A DNA stretch of 64,000 nt from a virus (lineage: Duplodnaviria; Caudoviricetes), in IMG/VR virus record IMGVR_UViG_3300018914_000001, positions 1-64,000 of that record. One strand, written 5' to 3'. A model generated the notes under the pieces. It searched no databases. It was not told where the DNA came from and worked only from the letters and a program-made list of their open reading frames with translations. This document shows, one piece after another, positions 11,712 through 24,044 of this stretch (its first letter is position 1; each line of letters opens with the position of its first letter). A program made the translations under genes and the position numbers.

Positions 11712-12112
11712 ATTAGCACCACCCTATAACCATATTTCTCAAAGGATTTAGCTATCAATTTCCTATGACACATATCAGGGTTAGAACAAAAACAGGCAAT
11801 GGCTATGTCAGCACCACCATCTAGGCGTTTTGCAATACCCTTGAATGCCAGAAGTGATCTTTCATTCTCTCTCATCTCCTTATTGAACCTAGGGGTATAA
11901 TGTTCTCTGAATGCTTGCTCGTTCCATTCCCCTTTCTCCTTGACTCTTTGTACACGTCTCCACAGGCTTGGGCTAGGAGCTAAGTAGGGCACATGCACCC
12001 ATCCTTTAGGAAGAGGGCTAGGAGGATGACAGACGCACAAAAGTTTGATAGAGCAAGAGGAGGGCAAAGCCTCCCACTTACTCAGTGAAATTGCGTATAA
12101 CGTTCCTGTCAC
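11708..12112 (-). CDS. DUF488-family protein
   Basis: LAPS, Y..RF..EM, C.C..P..CHR motif. Confidence 0.7.
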   Translation of the reverse strand: MTGTLYAISLSKWEALPSSCSIKLLCVCHPPSPLPKGWVHVPYLAPSPSLWRRVQRVKEKGEWNEQAFREHYTPRFNKEMRENERSLLAFKGIAKRLDGGADIAIACFCSNPDMCHRKLIAKSFEKYGYRVVLM

Positions 12113-12256
12113 TTCACGTCCATCCTGTCCACATTGTAGCGGTAGTCATCCATCTCTTTTTGTAAATCATACTTAAAAGCGTGATATTTCCAGTATAGGA
12201 TGATTGGAGAAGCAATGAGGTAAAGAATCGCATTCTCTTTCATGTGCCAACCTCCT

Positions 12257-13819
12257 TTAAAAATCTTTTCTGATGGTAGTCCATCCAATTTCCTGCCAAG
12301 TATTATTGGTAAAGTTTGGACGAAGAACCAGCACATCCAGTCCAGTATCGTTTGATTCGCCATCTCTATTTTTGGCTACAAAGTAGAAGTAGTAAGGAAT
12401 TTCTTTCCCCTTCTTATCATACCTCTCTAGCTCAAACTCTTCTTTCATGACCTGCTCTCCCTCATCCTCGTTGAATGGGTCTTCTTTTATCCTGTACACA
12501 GTGACGGCTCTCTTCTCTCCTTTGTACTCATCATCGAATATCCTCCTGCCAAGTAGCAGAAAGCTTGCTTCGTTCTTGATTTTCTTAGAGTCACCAAGAG
12601 CCTTTTCTGTTAGGAAGCGCATTCCGATAGATTCATCGCCTAGCTGAACGTTAACCCAAATAGCAAGGTTCAAGCCGCCGCCATCCGCTCTCGCCAGCTT
12701 GTAGAGGTTCTTAAAGTCATCCGTAAAGGCTTCCCAACGTGCCTTTCCTTGCAAGTCATCAGGTGGCTTGCCAGTGTCAATAAGAACTCGCTTATAGCCT
12801 CTATTCGCATAATGAACCACGTGCTTCTTCACATTGTCCATTGTATAAGACTCCATGAAGACAAAGGCTAATAGTTTTTTGTTTCCATTGGTTATATCTT
12901 TAATGTATTGAATTGCTTGGCGAAGCTTCGCCTTCTCGTCTTCTGTAAAATTGCCTTTCTTCAGGCGTTTCCTATTGAAGTCGAGTTTTAGCACGCCTAA
13001 TGCGGTGATGAGAAGCATTCTTTGAAACTCAGTTTTCGATTGTTCGTTCGCGATAACCAAAAGTTTCTCTTTGTTAATAAGACAAGACATGATTAACAGG
13101 GCAAATGTAATACTTGTTTTACCACGTCCAGAGTGAAGGGCATGGATATACACGTTGCCAAAATCCCATCCATTTGCTACCTCTGTTAAAAGAGGCGCAC
13201 CATGAAACGCTAAGCCAATAGATGGGTTGCTACTCATGTTTTCAATGAACGCTTCTTCGTCCTCAAAGTCTTCAAGCAAATATACTTCATCAACCTTGTT
13301 GCTGATACCAAGCCCAATCTTATTCAGTCGATCAACCCAATAAGAGTGTAGTGTTGTCGCGTTAAGCTTGCGGTAGTCATACTTCCCATCTACCTTCAGA
13401 ACTCTTTCGCCAAGCATCTCAACAAGTTCACGAAGCATACCGTATTTGATAACCTTGTCGTAATAGCCATCAAGGTTATCAAAGTCTTGTTTTGTTTCCT
13501 CCATAATATCCTCAATCGTCTGAAACTCACCAAAATACTCATATTTTTTGAGCATTTTAGGATTCAGTTGCTTCAGAGATTCATATGCGGTAATGTCAGT
13601 AAACTTCCTGATCTCATTATTCCACATGTGTCTTCCTAGTTGGAAGAAGAATGCCCAAACAGGATTGAGAAACGTTTTGTTACTGATCTTGTCTTCAGTG
13701 TAGAGGTCGTAGTATTCTGGCTTATTCCAAAATAAGCCGCATAGATATGACTCAGCTATTTGCACTTCCTCTTGCTGAGTGGTCATATCAACACCATTAA
13801 CTACTAAACTTTTCGTCAA
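12257..13819 (-). CDS. DnaB-like replicative helicase
   Basis: SGRGKT Walker A, ANEQ, LIDT, VQL, KNRDG. Confidence 0.85.
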   Translation of the reverse strand: MTKSLVVNGVDMTTQQEEVQIAESYLCGLFWNKPEYYDLYTEDKISNKTFLNPVWAFFFQLGRHMWNNEIRKFTDITAYESLKQLNPKMLKKYEYFGEFQTIEDIMEETKQDFDNLDGYYDKVIKYGMLRELVEMLGERVLKVDGKYDYRKLNATTLHSYWVDRLNKIGLGISNKVDEVYLLEDFEDEEAFIENMSSNPSIGLAFHGAPLLTEVANGWDFGNVYIHALHSGRGKTSITFALLIMSCLINKEKLLVIANEQSKTEFQRMLLITALGVLKLDFNRKRLKKGNFTEDEKAKLRQAIQYIKDITNGNKKLLAFVFMESYTMDNVKKHVVHYANRGYKRVLIDTGKPPDDLQGKARWEAFTDDFKNLYKLARADGGGLNLAIWVNVQLGDESIGMRFLTEKALGDSKKIKNEASFLLLGRRIFDDEYKGEKRAVTVYRIKEDPFNEDEGEQVMKEEFELERYDKKGKEIPYYFYFVAKNRDGESNDTGLDVLVLRPNFTNNTWQEIGWTTIRKDF

Positions 13820-13835
13820 AGTACATCAACCCCTA

Positions 13836-14408
13836 TCAATCGTCAAGCAAATCCTCAAGTTCCGTTTTCTCTGTTCTTCGGAACTTCCTTTCTTCGTTGT
13901 TGCTTCTCGAAGCAACTTCGATTTCAGCAGATGTGATAGCTTTTTGAGACTCCTTAGTCTTCTGCTGTCTAAATACTTCGTTAACCTTACTTATTACAAC
14001 GGAAAAGCAATACATAAATTCAGCATGGTCACTTTTAAAATCGCCACCTTTGCTTTCACGAATCTTTCCTATTTGACGCTCTGACTTCTTGTACGCTTGC
14101 AAGATAACGTCATAAGGAACTCCTTCTCGATACTTCTTAACGACAGTGCCCCTAAATTTAACAGTGCCATGTCGAAGATTTTGTAGGGCTTCAATGATAC
14201 CAGTTCCAAGCGTTTGGAAATTGTGGACAGCTTTGACAAACTCGAACAGCTCAATCCACGATTCATTTTCCTTTTGTTTAAACTCTTTCTCTTTTAGCCA
14301 ATTCTCATGACAAGAAGGGTGAAAGTATTTGTTTTGGTTATAAATAACCTCTTTCACCATTTCATCACGTTCATGCTTTTCATTGCAGACTTGGCATTTT
14401 ACCTTCAC
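13836..14408 (-). CDS. Zn-finger replication protein, possible helicase loader
   Basis: CxxC...HxxC N-terminus, directly upstream of the helicase as in SPbeta-like replication modules. Confidence 0.45.
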   Translation of the reverse strand: MKVKCQVCNEKHERDEMVKEVIYNQNKYFHPSCHENWLKEKEFKQKENESWIELFEFVKAVHNFQTLGTGIIEALQNLRHGTVKFRGTVVKKYREGVPYDVILQAYKKSERQIGKIRESKGGDFKSDHAEFMYCFSVVISKVNEVFRQQKTKESQKAITSAEIEVASRSNNEERKFRRTEKTELEDLLDD

Positions 14409-14440
14409 TGTGTCCAGCTCCTTATCTTTAAAAGGGTCGC

Positions 14441-15073
14441 CTATCTCAATGTTTTCATCATGTTGATATGCATAAGAGTTTGATTCAGAACATGCTTGGC
14501 AATCTCTTCTATTTGTCTGTTAGCCTGAATTAGACGATAACGACTTACCCACCCTTGCGGATGTGGTTTGGAAAGCTCCAACATTCCTTTCCTAACCCTT
14601 TCAAAATATGCATCATCTCTTGCCTCAAACCTGTCATCCTCATCTCTTTGACGGAATGGCTCCCCATCAAAAACAAATGTGATGTCAGGTAATGTGAATC
14701 CTGTCGAAATATAGTGTAGCGCCTCTAGTGTTCCCCTGTCCCATCCAAGACCATAACCTTGGTAAGCAAGGGTTGAATCAAAATATCTGTCACACACAAC
14801 AACCTTTCCTGCAATCAACGCTGGCTCAATCACCTCATGGAAATGTTGCGCTCTATCAGCATTCATCAAGAAAAGTTCGGCAGAGGGGGATAAGTTCATC
14901 TCTTTCCCCTTTAGAATAGCGCGAAACTGAGGTGTATAAGGTTCTTTGGTGTACAAAGATTCAACATTCGCTTCATTTAGATTCTCAACAAGCTTCAGGG
15001 CTTGTGTTGTTTTTCCAATACCTTCGCATGTGCTTTCAAAGGTGACTAAAAAACCTTCGTATTTCCTCACCAT
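14441..15073 (-). CDS. tmk: Thymidylate kinase
   Basis: GIGKTT, KEP, DRAQH, CDRYFDSTLAYQG, DRFE. Confidence 0.92.
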   Translation of the reverse strand: MVRKYEGFLVTFESTCEGIGKTTQALKLVENLNEANVESLYTKEPYTPQFRAILKGKEMNLSPSAELFLMNADRAQHFHEVIEPALIAGKVVVCDRYFDSTLAYQGYGLGWDRGTLEALHYISTGFTLPDITFVFDGEPFRQRDEDDRFEARDDAYFERVRKGMLELSKPHPQGWVSRYRLIQANRQIEEIAKHVLNQTLMHINMMKTLR

Positions 15074-16436
15074 CTTGCGTCCCTCCAGTCGAGGACAACT
15101 TTCGAAAGGCTATTCCAAAAATTAGGGAAGGCTACCTGAATATCGCTTGGAATAGAAGTGCCATTTTGAGTGAGAGCTAACATATGCTCCACAGAGCGTA
15201 TATTGCTTTGATTCACAACGATATAATCTGACCGAAGCTGATTAACCCTACCTTTTCCTGTTGCTTCCTCTAAGCATCTAAGCATAAACAAGAAGCACTT
15301 TTTCTCTTCAGCGTCCAAATAAACCTTAAAGGCTTTTTCTATCCTCATCTAAACCCCCACCATTCTTTTCATTGTAATAGACAGTGATAAATTCAGTCCA
15401 TGCAGAGACAAACGTGAACTCCTCTGGAGTCCACGTTTCAACTTCTCTGTCAATGATAGAGGTAGCAAGAGCCTCACACGAATGTATAAGATTCTTCAGA
15501 ACATCCTCTAGCATTCTATCACCTAAAACTCACGCAATTTGCGCTCAATTTCGCGTTTGATGGCCTTCAAGGTTGCAATCTCGACTCCCTTTGCTTTGTC
15601 GTATACATCACCATTCTGGCATTTTACTTTGGCTCTGCGCTCCTTGCCGTCCAACCCTTTGTAAAAAATAATAGTGTAGGGATCAGCATGGATAACTTTG
15701 CTTACAAACAACATTAGTGCCGCGAAATCATCAATACTTGTAGTTTCTGGCTTAGATTTTTCGGTTACTACGCCAACGAACATGTCACTAGACCAATAGT
15801 AATTAAAGTTGTCAACGCGAAACAGACCACGATGTTTGCTAATATCAGTGATTTTTACTTCCTTGCCAGCAAGTTCAACCATATCAGGCACAACATCACA
15901 AAGTCTATCATCATGATGACTATACATTTTATTTGCGTCTAAGTCCTTGCGAACTAAAACTTTATCGCCAACCTTCACCTTAGCCCAATCTACATTTTTG
16001 TTTACTTTTGCCATTTTTAATGCACCCCTTTTGTCACTTGTTTTATCAAGTGACCAGTAGTGCTTTAGTGCCCATATGGTTTATGCCATACGTGCCAAAT
16101 CCAAAGCTCGTCCGCTACTTCGTCTGGATACTGAAACATCCCAACACGCTTAATTACTTCCCCTCTCATAATCTCATTATTATAGCCAGTGCCACTAATA
16201 AAAAATGTATGAGGGACAAGTGGTTTCTCAGTGTCACAATCAAAATACGCATAGGGCAAACCATCATCTTTGATGGCGATACCAACCATATCCGCTCCCA
16301 AAGGAACCTCAGCAACGTGTTTTACCGCTTCACGATTTGCTTTATCTCCTGTGGGTAATTGCACATACCAAGTAGTAAGCATTTGTTGTTAACCTCACTT
16401 TTGAAAGTATTAGACGTTACCGATCACTTCTTTTGT

Positions 16437-16465
16437 AGTATACCAATAATCAGGGGATTTGTCAA
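16437..16465 (-). promoter_or_regulatory. SigA-type promoter with conserved spacer
   Basis: TTGACA AATCCCCTGATTATTGG TATACT. Confidence 0.75.
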
Positions 16466-18449
16466 CACCTAAATTTGTTTTGGTTGCTGACCTCTAAACA
16501 CCATTTTCCCCTTAGTAGTTCCAAATTCATAATGAAGAATGGCACTACCATTCTCCACGGTCATGATGACTTTCACATTATCTTTTGGAAGCTGTTTCAA
16601 GAGACGTTTTACGTCAGCCTCACGCACCCAAACGATTTCCTGCTTCTCATTTGTGAATGGGATAAGATTAGCCTTCAACCTTTCTCACTCCTCCATAGGG
16701 CATCTTTTCGTAACCTTTCGGAAGATCAACTACCTCCCAATGCTCCTGAAGAACTTTCGGATTTTCACCTAACTCTTTTACTAATATTTGCCTCTCCTCA
16801 TCCCATGTATGAATAGAGAAGCCAAAAGAGGAATAGTGAACTGTGCCTAATTCTCCATTCTCTTTGTGTTTTACAACATCTCCAATGCGCATTTCAACAC
16901 CTGCCAATTCTTGAGTTTACTACCTTGATGAAACTTCCAACGGCTTCAACGTAGCAACTGCTCCACATCTGTTACAGCGATGGATAGCCAGCTTGCTTGC
17001 ATTCATGAGTTTTGCAGGATCGTTGCCCCAAGGGTTATTGTTATTGAGAATGATAGGACGTTCGTAAATCATTTCACCTTTTTCACAGCTAGTGCATTCA
17101 AGCTTACTAGTACGTTTCATGTTATCAATCCTCCTGTGTTTTTTTATAATTCAATCCTTTTGTATAAAAACGCACGAACTTCCAACCCTTCTTCAGTCAT
17201 AGCATCTGCACATGATATACATAGGGATCGCTCACCAGTTCTATCAAGAAAGCTACGCATGATTGGTTCTCCATCTTTCAGATCGTAGCTTTGTCCTTGT
17301 AAGTCAATAACGTGATCGTATCCTTCTTTTCCGCATCGACAACAGTTAGCCATCTACCCCATCTCCTTAAATAAACAGTCCAGTAAGGCAATAGCCCTTG
17401 TTTGTTGTATATGCCCACCAAACTCCAAGGCAATCTTTGCCGCTTTTTCTGTAGACATTCTACTCCAATTATTCGCAATTATATCAATCGAATTACGAAT
17501 AACATCTTCACTTTCACCTGTTATAGCGCACAATTCCCGAATCAGCGAGTCGCGTCCCATTATGATCCCCCCTTTCGTTAAAACTGAGATTTTAGAGAAA
17601 AGACAACTTATACTTTTAATCGAATCCACCAGCAATTACTGAGGCTGTGACCATCACCTTCAAAGATATGCTCAACTTTCTCGCTCTCAAGAAACTTTGA
17701 AAGCTCTTTTAAAGTCTTATATTCTACGCTTGAGGTTCCTCCATATAAAGCAATATGGATTAGCAATCTATGTTGTACCTCGCCATGCTTTTCGATGAAT
17801 TTTTGAGCCAGCTCAGGTTCAGAGAAGCGGTTGATTAGAGCAATTTGCTTCAAATACCTATCATTTCCCATCTTCAGAAAACCTCCTCTTTAAAAGTTTC
17901 GTTTTAACGATTAGCAGTCTTCCGCTTCTCTTGGTTTCCTCACACTAAACACTTTGTATGGACAAGCTCCAGAAAGTGTGTAGTAACGTTCTTTGACAGT
18001 GATGGACTGAATTTCCTCAGCATCCACATCAATATGGATGTCGAAATTCGAATACTCATCAGCATATTTTCGAACTTCTTTGTCACAAATAGCCTCAATG
18101 GGCAAGCCTCGTTGATAGGCGTTGATGTTTTCTCTTGTCGTGTAAAGATGGACTCTCACGGTTTACTCCTCCTGTACTGACACGATTCTGCCGCCCCATT
18201 GGGTCGAAGTATCTTTGTCGGCTTCGATGGTATATTTGGTATTACTGGAGAAGTTGCGGATTACCTTACTTTTAGAACTTTCCCAAAAAATTCGGACAGT
18301 TCCTTTTTGATCTTTGAAAACGTATGAAGTATAACCTCTTACAGTTCCAACACCTTCATACGTAAGACCAGATATTTTATCAACATTATTGCCGTCACTG
18401 CATCCAGTCAGCAACAAGCCTACAACTACAGAAAGAGCAAGAATCTTTT

Positions 18450-18869
18450 TCAAAACACAATCGCCTCCCATTCCTTGTGGCGCTTACCATTAAAGTCAAA
18501 TGCTCTTATAGGCAAGCCATATTTGTTTGCATTCTGAATCATATTTTTTGTTCCAGTGCTTTTGCCATCCCAAAAGACTACAACAGCATCTGATATTTCT
18601 GCCATTTTCTCGTTGCGAACAATACCAGCACTCACTCCATGAGCCTCCCAATTTGCAGGAAACCTCAATATCTCATACTTGTTGTCTTTTGCGAATAGCT
18701 CACCAAGCTTATCAGCACCATTAGCACAGCCAGAGACGATTACAATTTTGTAACCATCTCTAACTTTGCTGGAGAGTATAGAGGTTAATGCAACTTTCAC
18801 CACGTTAAAGTTTTTTACGCTTTTATGATGGAAGTCTCGGCAACCAGCTACTACTAACCTAAACACCAT
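18450..18869 (-). CDS. SLOG-superfamily (DUF2493/YspA-like) protein
   Basis: VAGCRDF, SGCANGAD, AG..RN..MA, WDGKSTGT. Confidence 0.8.
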   Translation of the reverse strand: MVFRLVVAGCRDFHHKSVKNFNVVKVALTSILSSKVRDGYKIVIVSGCANGADKLGELFAKDNKYEILRFPANWEAHGVSAGIVRNEKMAEISDAVVVFWDGKSTGTKNMIQNANKYGLPIRAFDFNGKRHKEWEAIVF

Positions 18870-19193
18870 ACGGCATTTCACCATGCTCATAAATATACCG
18901 CAATACCTCTGCTGTCTCATGAGCGTTTTTATCAATGCTCCAATCAGTGAATTCATCCCAAACTTCACGAGAGATTCCAGTAATGCGGTCAAGATTATAC
19001 CAATGGACATCTTCTCCATCTAGCTCAAAAATAGCATTATACATGCGTCCTGCTACAACTTCGGCTCCTGCTTCCAGCAGGATTCGAATAGCCGCTCAAC
19101 CTTTGTGAGTGTTAACATCCCACCACGCTCTGCCGCTATATTGAGGGTCTACTTCGATCTGGTCTGCAACCTTCAAAAGCAGTTCTCTTGACA

Positions 19194-20015
19194 TTATCTC
19201 GCCCCCTTAACTTCTTCAATAATTTTGTGTTTAATGATGTCCTGAGAAAGCTTCAGAAATGTATTGCTGACAGAATCTTCCATCTTACTCTCATCAACCT
19301 TCTCCAAAAATGAATCTCTCAAATTCTTAGCAAGCCCCATCGTGTGATCGACCATCTGCGAAGCAACCTCTAAGGATGGGCGATTCAGCTTATATTGCAT
19401 AAGAGCTTCTATCCTGCTTTCATCTGTTAGACGAAGACACTCCTCTAGTCTTTTCCCATTGAGAATATAGTCTGTCATTACAAACCACAATCTCAAAATG
19501 TGATGAGCTTGTTTTCCATCATAGCCATGCTTCTCAATCTTATGGGCGATAGAAGGGTAGGGATGACACAGGGCTTTTTGCTTTTCACACATCATTCCAT
19601 ATATTGCTCTGACGAATTGCGCCGACAATGCTGACACAAGATCGTTACGCAAGCTAATGATGGTGTCGAATTCACGTTGAAACTTATTGTCTACAACATA
19701 GTAGTCTGTAAACAATGTTTCGATATATGCGGGATTGCCCTTCAACAGTGTTTGAAAATGCAGTCTGATGTCTTTCACATCACACTGCCCCCATTCTGTA
19801 TCGACCACTATAGAAACAGGCTTGCTGTCTGCTACAAGGTCATCCAGAGTAGGAATGATAATTGCCTTCATGTCGATGTCTGATTGGTACTCCTCAGTAT
19901 TGAGGTCTAACCCATAGTTTTGCGAACCATAGATGCAGATATATGCAACAGAGTACCCTTCAGATTCTAGGATGGATTTTTGTCTTACAAGGCTGTCCAT
20001 CAACATCTTCGACAT
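19194..20015 (-). CDS. Pol-beta-family nucleotidyltransferase (RNA-repair-associated type)
   Basis: YGSQNYGL...SDID motif, KGNP..IE.LF, YDGK...H..RL. Confidence 0.7.
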   Translation of the reverse strand: MSKMLMDSLVRQKSILESEGYSVAYICIYGSQNYGLDLNTEEYQSDIDMKAIIIPTLDDLVADSKPVSIVVDTEWGQCDVKDIRLHFQTLLKGNPAYIETLFTDYYVVDNKFQREFDTIISLRNDLVSALSAQFVRAIYGMMCEKQKALCHPYPSIAHKIEKHGYDGKQAHHILRLWFVMTDYILNGKRLEECLRLTDESRIEALMQYKLNRPSLEVASQMVDHTMGLAKNLRDSFLEKVDESKMEDSVSNTFLKLSQDIIKHKIIEEVKGAR

Positions 20016-20869
20016 ACTATTCAACTCCCTCTTTAGCAATCTGCCTTTTAACTTGCATTCTCTCAATAATAGGCATCCTGATTGGACTGCTCTTGCTTCT
20101 TCTCTTTGCGCGGGAAGACAAGGAACAGCCAACGCAGATCGACTTTCCAAAAGCGATTGAAGAATGCGCTGATTACAGCCCAGATGCTGACTGCAAGGTT
20201 GATCGCAGGAACCAATATAAAAATCAGTTGAGCGCGAGCTTCCTCTTTCGTTAGACGTGTTTTTACCTTGACAGACTCAGAGCTACCCTTAACCCGCTCC
20301 CATTCGTAACCATCATCGTTTTCAGGCTCCAGATAAACTTCAATAACCATGAGAACCCAACTGATTACGATGGAAACTCCCCAAAATTTTAGAAAACCTC
20401 CAAGGCTGATTCCCCAAAATGTCCATTCTAACATTTCTTATCACCATTCTTTCTTTGAGTTTGAATAGTTAAAACAGTTTTTTCTTGATAAGAATAAATC
20501 TTGTTTAGCTTCTTAATAAACTTCTCCCATCTGTTCATTGTCAGCCCTCTTTCTACGTTTTCTCTTCTCCTTGATTTCATCCTTTTCAGAGATACCTAGT
20601 TTCGCAAAGAGTTCTTTCTGCTCTCTGCTTCCATCTAAGACTCTAAACTGATAACCAAGGACTCTCTGGTGCATGGGGTACAGTGGAGCGTAGAATGTTA
20701 CCATTGGCTCCAGTGGAATCTTCACCCTAGTATTGTCTGTTACAACAATTAACGTATCAGGCTCACCTTCCTCTACACTTTTCCATCTCCAGAAGCATTG
20801 TCTAATTTGCATGTTGCATCACCTACGCTTGTTGGCTTCCTCCTCCATCCAAGCGGTCAAAGGTTTTAC

Positions 20870-21013
20870 TTAGTCATCATCACCAAAGTCAAAAGACGAA
20901 GAGGAAGATGAACCATTGGACGAGTAACTACTACTGTTGGAGCCACTAGAGCCGCCAATAGGTGCTAGTACAAGAACCAACAAAACTATTCCTGCAATAA
21001 ACCACAAAACCAA
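20870..21013 (-). CDS. Small membrane protein with Ser/Gly-rich acidic tail (47 aa, TTG start)
   Basis: Manual translation MVLWFIAGIVLLVLVLAPIGGSSGSNSSSYSSNGSSSSSSFDFGDDD; AAGGAGTG RBS. Confidence 0.55.
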   Translation of the reverse strand: MVLWFIAGIVLLVLVLAPIGGSSGSNSSSYSSNGSSSSSSFDFGDDD

Positions 21014-21026
21014 TTCGCATCACTCC

Positions 21027-21605
21027 TTATGGTGTATGTATGACTCTTAATTGCACTTTTTGTCGTCCTCTTCGCAGTGCTTCTTCCACTGTAACGACAT
21101 ACACATCAAGGATGTTGCCTTTAATGGCTCCTCCAGTGTCTTCTGCTATCCTTTGCTCGACAGAGCCATCTGGATACATAACCTCAACAGTTGAACCAAG
21201 TGGAATTACCCTTGGGTCTACCGCAAGTGTTCTGCCAGCAGTTGGGATAGTACCTGTAGCTGTTCTTCCTGTGCCGCTTCCTTCTGCAAGCGTGTAGAAA
21301 GTAGCTACATATGGTTGCCACTGTTGCACATTTTCGCCGCTTCGAGAGGCAAGAGTGAGTTGTCTTTTGGCTTCTGCTTTTTCTTTCTCATCTCTCTCTT
21401 TTTTAGCCTGCTCAATTTGTCGTTGTCGTTGTTGCTCTTTGACAAGACGTTTCATGGCATCCAAGTCTTTAACTTGTTGCTCGTATTCTTCGCCAGCCAA
21501 TGAAAGAAAAGCAGGAGGTTTGTCACCTCCTGCTACTCCATTCGGTAGTAGCGTAGAAGAAGCAACAAGGAGTGCTGTGGCTGTTGTGATAACCGTCTTC
21601 TTCAT
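21027..21605 (-). CDS. Secreted 3D-domain (peptidoglycan-acting) protein
   Basis: Signal peptide, AVDPRVIPLGS, DTGGAIKG..LD. Confidence 0.88.
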   Translation of the reverse strand: MKKTVITTATALLVASSTLLPNGVAGGDKPPAFLSLAGEEYEQQVKDLDAMKRLVKEQQRQRQIEQAKKERDEKEKAEAKRQLTLASRSGENVQQWQPYVATFYTLAEGSGTGRTATGTIPTAGRTLAVDPRVIPLGSTVEVMYPDGSVEQRIAEDTGGAIKGNILDVYVVTVEEALRRGRQKVQLRVIHTP

Positions 21606-21683
21606 AGCAACCTCCTTGTATTACAATCCTACTAATTATACTACCACTTCTATGATTGATTGTCAACATTTTTTTGAAGGAAT

Positions 21684-22760
21684 TTAGAGACTACGAACAA
21701 AATCAAGACAATCTTGCAACTGTTTTGCTGTTAGGTCTTCCTTCTTGTAGTTGACAGTGCCAATTAACTCTTTAAACTTGGCTTTAACTTGATCTTTTGC
21801 ACTTGGATTTAGAGAGTTGATAGCTTCTGTAATCAAGTCACGAAGATCATCTAAGGATGCTTGCTCTTGTTCTTGCTCTAAGTAAGCTTCTGCCTCTGCC
21901 TCACGTACTGCGGCTTGCTCCTCACGCAATTTCTGAATGTCTACGCCAGAACCTACAGAGTTAAGAACTGCCTTCTCAAAAACATCATAAAACAAATCGA
22001 CATTGTAGGGGATGCGAGATTCAATATTCTCAAAACGGGAGCCAGCCTCTAGCTCTCCATCGCCTCTAAAGTAGATATAACGAGTATCTACAAGCTCATC
22101 TCCAATTTGCTCTTTTGCAATATCAATGAAAATAATGAAGTCAGACATGTTAATAATCAGATCACGTGCGCGATTTTGTAGATTGACAGTGGTCTTATCA
22201 TAGCTTACACCATCACGTGATTCAAATTTTTTATCTTTATCGTGAGTGATGAACCACAATCCATACCCTGCACGTTGCAGACGCTTAATTTGCGTATCAA
22301 CAGTCTTGGCAACTAGATCGTAGCCGCCGCCCCAAGGGATGTCGCTAATTGTTTTATAGCGTTTGCCATCTTCACGTGATTTCAGCAAAAGAGCGTATTC
22401 AGTAGCCATCACCCACATTTCGTCAACTGTATCAATACCAATAAACTCAATGGAAGGTTCAAATTCTACGCCAGCCTTTTTAGCCTCTTCTCTTTCATCT
22501 GCTCTTAGGGCAATCAAATCATCTACAATGGAAATAAATTCTTTCCAGTTTGGAACATCTTCTGCGAAGACACCAGACAGCGCTTGATAACCTTTTTCAA
22601 AAGCAAGCAATTGACCTTTTGAAGAATCCCCAAAAGCCTTTTGAATCAACTTATGAAACAGTGTTGTCTTGCCAGCCTTTGGACGACCATAAATAGTCCA
22701 AATATAATCTTGGATTCTTGCTTTTGGTACATTTGCTTTTCTGTTTTTAAAACGTGACAT
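21684..22760 (-). CDS. AAA/P-loop ATPase (phage recombination/replication type)
   Basis: GRPKAGKTT, IDTVD, ITH; adjacent to SSB. Confidence 0.75.
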   Translation of the reverse strand: MSRFKNRKANVPKARIQDYIWTIYGRPKAGKTTLFHKLIQKAFGDSSKGQLLAFEKGYQALSGVFAEDVPNWKEFISIVDDLIALRADEREEAKKAGVEFEPSIEFIGIDTVDEMWVMATEYALLLKSREDGKRYKTISDIPWGGGYDLVAKTVDTQIKRLQRAGYGLWFITHDKDKKFESRDGVSYDKTTVNLQNRARDLIINMSDFIIFIDIAKEQIGDELVDTRYIYFRGDGELEAGSRFENIESRIPYNVDLFYDVFEKAVLNSVGSGVDIQKLREEQAAVREAEAEAYLEQEQEQASLDDLRDLITEAINSLNPSAKDQVKAKFKELIGTVNYKKEDLTAKQLQDCLDFVRSL

Positions 22761-22944
22761 TAATAAGATTCCCCCTTATGGCTAAGGAGGTCGCTTCATA
22801 TCACTTCCTGTTCTTAACTGTTCTATTTTGATATTCAGGGCATCTTGTTTGAAACAACCCCCTATATGTTGATAGTTTATACCTTTACTATATATCGTAG
22901 CTATAGGGGCTTGTAGCCCCTATAGTACAATAATCAAAGGATTA

Positions 22945-23991
22945 TTAGAATGGCAAATCATCATCTGAGATATCAATTGGCGGCAAGTCATCCTCGTTGT
23001 CATTCCAGCTACCCTCTTCGTCTTTGGCATCATTGCCGTAGTTTTGCTCTTCTTCAGAAGGTGCAAAATCTTCCTCAGTGTAAACGCCCTCTACGCGATT
23101 AGAGGATTCAACACCAGTAATGCGCATTTCGTTAACCCATTCGGTTGCATTAGGGATTGGGTTTTCATCAGAACCCCAATCATCCTCCTCGATTGTGGTA
23201 GCTTCAACAGCTACAGCACCAGAAATGACACGACCATATACAGGGATGGTGTCGCCAAATTTTAAGCGTTTACTTACGTTGTCAGCCAGCTTCGGATGTG
23301 TAGCAGTGTCAATGACAAACTGAGCTGGAGCAAACGTTTTATTGTATGCAATACAGATACCATCTACATGTAGCTTGCCGTCAATAAGCGCGGATTGATC
23401 GTATACAATCTCTTGATGGAAAAATGCTTGCTCTTCAAAGTCCTGAGCATCAAAATCTACAGGCTCCTGCGTGAGAGCAATATAGTCAATGCGATATGTG
23501 ACCTGACGCTTCATCTTTCCTTGTTTGTCTTTGTATTCACTGTATTCAATTCGACCAGTGACTTTTACAGACATTCCATCTTTTAATAGCGTGTAAATTT
23601 TGTCAACTGCATCAAAGCCATGAAGACGCTCAAACTTCAGTTTTTCAACGCCTTTGTCATCAATTTCTTTCTCTAGCCCAATAGTTGGAAGCATACCGCC
23701 AAGATACCAGCCTTCAGGCAGAGAATTACGCTTTGTAAACGGAATATCTCTTTCTTCAGCCTTGTTTTCCTTCTTTTTGATCTTAACAGTGTCAACTTGT
23801 GAACCCATGATCTCCACGGTTGGAGAGTTGGCCTTGCTCGTCTTGATATTGAAGCGAAGCCTTCTCCATTTTTTGTTTGGGTCTTTCTTGGTCTTCTCCT
23901 CAGTGAAGGCATTATTGCGTGTTAAGCCAGCTACAATACCAACAAATTCAAAACGACCTTTAGTTTCAATAAGTTTTTCTTTATTTGCCAT
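22945..23991 (-). CDS. Single-stranded DNA-binding protein (large SPbeta-type)
   Basis: OB-like segment LKDGMSVKVTGRIEY; acidic tail ending DDDLPF. Confidence 0.75.
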   Translation of the reverse strand: MANKEKLIETKGRFEFVGIVAGLTRNNAFTEEKTKKDPNKKWRRLRFNIKTSKANSPTVEIMGSQVDTVKIKKKENKAEERDIPFTKRNSLPEGWYLGGMLPTIGLEKEIDDKGVEKLKFERLHGFDAVDKIYTLLKDGMSVKVTGRIEYSEYKDKQGKMKRQVTYRIDYIALTQEPVDFDAQDFEEQAFFHQEIVYDQSALIDGKLHVDGICIAYNKTFAPAQFVIDTATHPKLADNVSKRLKFGDTIPVYGRVISGAVAVEATTIEEDDWGSDENPIPNATEWVNEMRITGVESSNRVEGVYTEEDFAPSEEEQNYGNDAKDEEGSWNDNEDDLPPIDISDDDLPF

Positions 23992-24044
23992 GTTGCTATT
24001 CCTCCCTTGTAGTACACCTATTTACTTGCTTGCTCACAGTGAGT